Below, in pieces: positions 37,101 to 37,721 of a stretch of DNA of 37,721 bases. The notes under the pieces are model-generated. The model was given only the letters and a program-made list of their open reading frames with translations, searched no databases and was not told the DNA's origin. Within the stretch, counting starts at the first letter, position 1. Each line of letters begins with the position of its first letter. A program made the position numbers and the translations under genes. The DNA is from a virus (Duplodnaviria > Caudoviricetes), in the IMG/VR virus record IMGVR_UViG_3300044614_001486, positions 1 through 37,721 of that record, one strand, 5' to 3'.

Positions 37101-37190
37101 CGCGACCAGGTGCGCGCCATCGAGGAGCGCATCACGGCGCGGATGGCGTCTCTGAACCGGGCCGTCGAGGCGCTCGGCGCTACGCGTTGA
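30291..37190 (+). CDS. giant polyvalent protein C: three ParB/Srx-like domains, three ART-like domains, EELQSD domain, LPD38-like C-terminal region
   Basis: EDGRHR, LDGNHR and LEGAHR ParB-like motifs; TPEF..WF...YHG...QIKS ART-PolyVal-like modules; YYSQL...LFVEELQSD; HYVPLMR, VNFNRKG, YVSIPMPLG, TENRDWQGRPI. Confidence 0.88.
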   Translation: MAQTCTYSFTAPDGKKTVLTGQAAFKAWLVAGGLEYLRGAANDARSSAERDLQYPLAPAGERYEETGIKPRMMSPDEFLASVRPLDIDGASRDNIEDLKQHILSGRKLDPLHIRSDGKEDGRHRAVAAKELGIKLVPVIDERGGARASRARDVTETPEFKRWFGDSKVVGADGRPLVVYHGTNADFDAFKTGLNKASGERGIFFSPDPAVAAAYAGVDPEGNFNAPEIGSVMPVFLSLQNPLVVDFKGDRLGRVAAIKRARDGGHDGVILKNHYDAGGVQDQYVAFRPEQIKSATGNRGTFDPNDPDIRRSVERKLAGGEPIRLYHGSDVEIKQFDKTKARTAKHIYLTDQEETARKYGDKLMRVEAKPKNMLWLGPEDIGPRETKALRRVFADIGEDYGYEDFDTFLETVTGATGELYGANSRFQDALMDELFAAGYDAVAFPDPVPGGGWSMSYVFDDPALLTVRGDDGLSQGDAGRDIRRSAERDANFGGAYLDSTLRRAREQFRTSFGVDFGQRLTRDYEMVDVGTLEPSNDVDEGRVDELVVAMFNESPFDSKIPPIFIDSEGNILDGNHRVEAAKRAGLSSVPAFELYDADEGPQIIRSTERPWYYSQLARAIEGVPARLDNMAAPQWAQWLKANASKLGVKQDEITWSGIEDFLRLKGKEKVSKEEIGAYLAEGGVRVEEVTSPVGKSIGVSDFSQYTLPGGTAYREVLLTLPEPKRDLSPYEKDIVVRRKDTGVYDFEATYKTPGGRELRGVGDTEEEARAGVRSLLAMMQFTEPASYRSSHWDQKNVLAHVRLNDRVDAEGRRTLFVEELQSDAGADVRKKGFIDSYKLEDVQPTDGPLPDTFYYLKTPDNVFQIPKSRHASEQAAREYIVREKKINSGGVPRMPFIDDTTKWLNLALKRVIAMAATEGYDAVAFVNGEQSADRYDLSKQVDELVWSRSDDKYSLTARNRIDGVSQKIADDVPEGRLEDYVGKEIAKKIVAERGKRWTATYRGLDLKVGGEGMKAFYDKIVPQAASALVKKMGGEGMTKVTLPGADATPLDSYRVGDDGNGGYAVIWRATGEQVSSGHATRAEAKAEMVKIADSDPVIAPAFLITDEMRDKASGGMPLFSRERAIALPMAGDKVDGLVVRDGVPNYGSIEASLTNYEVLPGIREVPFDLFSGPDPQTARTRKLAADIEESGEIAPLIVVFDGEDHYILEGAHRFDALQHIGKKSFPAKVVVDKSGAGDARLSRERDPRTETPEFRAWFKRSKVTASGRAGGVPRVVYHGTGDDFSKFDPRMVDGFSAIAEGFYFTSSPYEAEQYGDVLMPVYLSLQNPAPKSVWDPMARAIARGETDSAEVRERLQSMGYDGIAGSDDMASELDTKVYVAFWPTQIKSAIGNDGSYDETDPSILSSAARNWESPGASKFDDVVYKMQNRQVDLLRVQQAIQEAGKQISEDANTYLREELFHGRAAKRTQDFTKRELEPLTEEMAKRGLTLEELDEYLHARHAPEANRLIAERNPDSPLLQDGGSGLDTALAQQYMSDLAADKKAHLEAVAAMVDKILAKTRQLMVDYELESRDTVKGWGEMFQHYVPLMREDDGDAPQRLGSGQGYSIKGREVKSRTGSTKKVVDVFANIAMQRERVIVRGEKNRVGQALVNLARDNENRDFWTVDLAPTTPTYDPKKGVVVQRPDPMYKMRPNVVVAKFREEDGSVKEHAVIFNEGNARAMRTAAVMKNLEMDRLEGLLGASAVVTRYFAAISTQWNPVFGVVNFIRDFQNVLINLNGTPLDGKQSQVAKEAWGMTKAIWTNLRSGKLDTERQKLWDEFQSVGAQTGFRQMFADSKDRADDIRSAINPDYWMDSKLGKVFTANGVLKVPVSKASKVVRAGFQALSDYNETLENSMRLAVYKVAKESGMSIENAASLAKNASVNFNRKGQVAQQAGALFAFYNAASAGTARLGELLFTMEPGQIKTLRLSRVGKRIVAGGVMIGVMQALALAAAGYGEDDPPQFMRERSIIIPTFDGRYVSIPMPLGLHVLPNIGRVATEWAMGGLDKTPERVVGMLGMFADAFNPIGNAGMSMQTIAPTALDPLVALTENRDWQGRPITRESMNPATPGHALARDTATSWAIAIAKGVNTLTGGNDYVAGAISPSPDQVDYLIGQLTGGVGREISKLEQTITATVTGEELPIFKVPLVGRFGGNTASQASEGSNFYGNVKRLNELETEIKGLQQDGKASEAAQLRASRPDAYLIAQANRAERDISKLRKEKSRLVKEGAPRDQVRAIEERITARMASLNRAVEALGATR

Positions 37191-37695
37191 GCGGATGGCC
37201 GGCGTGCAGCTTGAGACGCGCGGACTGCGCGAAGCATGCGGCATCGAGAAGCGTGTAGAAGGCCTTGCGAACCCTGCCGCCCGGCACCTGGATCTGAACA
37301 AACCACTGGCGATTGCCGCGTCCGAGGAAGTAGACGTTGCGGCAGCCGGTGCTCAGGTTGTTGACCTGGGCGCCGCGCCGGTTCTGGCCGTTCTCAACCT
37401 TGTCTGAGCGCCGCAGGTTGGCCCACCTGTTGTCGCTCTTGATGTGATTGACGTGGTCGATGCACTCCGGCGGTCGCTCGCCGGTCATCATGATCCAGAT
37501 CACGCGGTGCGCCAGCAGCAGCCTCTTGTCCAGGCGCACAACGGTGTACCCGGAGCGCTGCCTGCAGCCAGCTTCGCTGCCGGCGCGGCCAGTGCTTGAG
37601 ACGTTGCGCCGCCAAGTGAGGCGGCCGGTCTCTGGGTTGTATTCCAGCGCCTCCAGCAGGCGCTCTCTTGAAGGGTACTCGACAGTCTTTGGCAT
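37180..37695 (-). CDS. free-standing HNH homing endonuclease (convergent)
   Basis: LEYNPETGRLTW, AHRVIW...IDHVNHIKSDNRWANLR, AP2-like tail; its stop overlaps the stop of protein C. Confidence 0.88.
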   Translation of the reverse strand: MPKTVEYPSRERLLEALEYNPETGRLTWRRNVSSTGRAGSEAGCRQRSGYTVVRLDKRLLLAHRVIWIMMTGERPPECIDHVNHIKSDNRWANLRRSDKVENGQNRRGAQVNNLSTGCRNVYFLGRGNRQWFVQIQVPGGRVRKAFYTLLDAACFAQSARLKLHAGHPLNA

Positions 37696-37700
37696 GCCGA

Positions 37701-37709
37701 GTTATACCA
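37701..37709 (-). promoter_or_regulatory. extended -10 promoter (TGgTATAAC) for the minus-strand HNH gene
   Basis: The minus strand reads TGG TATAAC TCGGC ATG; no SD between the -10 and the ATG. Confidence 0.55.
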
Positions 37710-37721
37710 GTGTCAACGCAT

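Noticed and set aside
20176-37190. Virion RNA polymerase (N4-like) in the giant ORFs
   Set aside because: No T7-type or DxDGD polymerase motifs seen; the domain content is polyvalent-protein type despite the N4-gp56-like capsid.
1-37721. tRNA, rRNA, integrase, terminase or lysis genes
   Set aside because: None recognisable in the window, so lifestyle and host cannot be determined from this sequence.

Overview
A GC-rich segment of a tailed (podovirus-type) dsDNA phage or prophage containing the virion-morphogenesis module, almost all on the + strand. Gene order: 5'-truncated Ig/cadherin-like virion protein, two small genes, portal, scaffold, HNH endonuclease, N4-gp56-type major capsid, decoration/adaptor/nozzle genes, tail fibre with assembly protein, an accessory block (hypothetical, fatty-acid desaturase, 2OG-Fe(II) oxygenase-like, GNAT), two internal virion proteins, and about 17 kb (20176-37190) of giant polyvalent ejection proteins. 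Those carry muramidase, GNAT, InPase-like, HExxH peptidase, many ADP-ribosyltransferase-like, ParB-like and LPD38-like domains. A convergent HNH gene ends the window. The most unusual signals lie in the giant-protein locus: (1) two stretches appear dual-coding, with an HNH endonuclease and a small 103-aa gene overprinted in the +1 frame of low-complexity linkers, and a candidate CGA-AAG -1 frameshift that would join the first two giant ORFs; (2) almost every domain boundary carries an S-x-[E/A]-R motif; (3) the only cysteines in about 4400 aa of the last two giant ORFs face each other across their junction. All family assignments come from motif recognition by eye; no database search was run.
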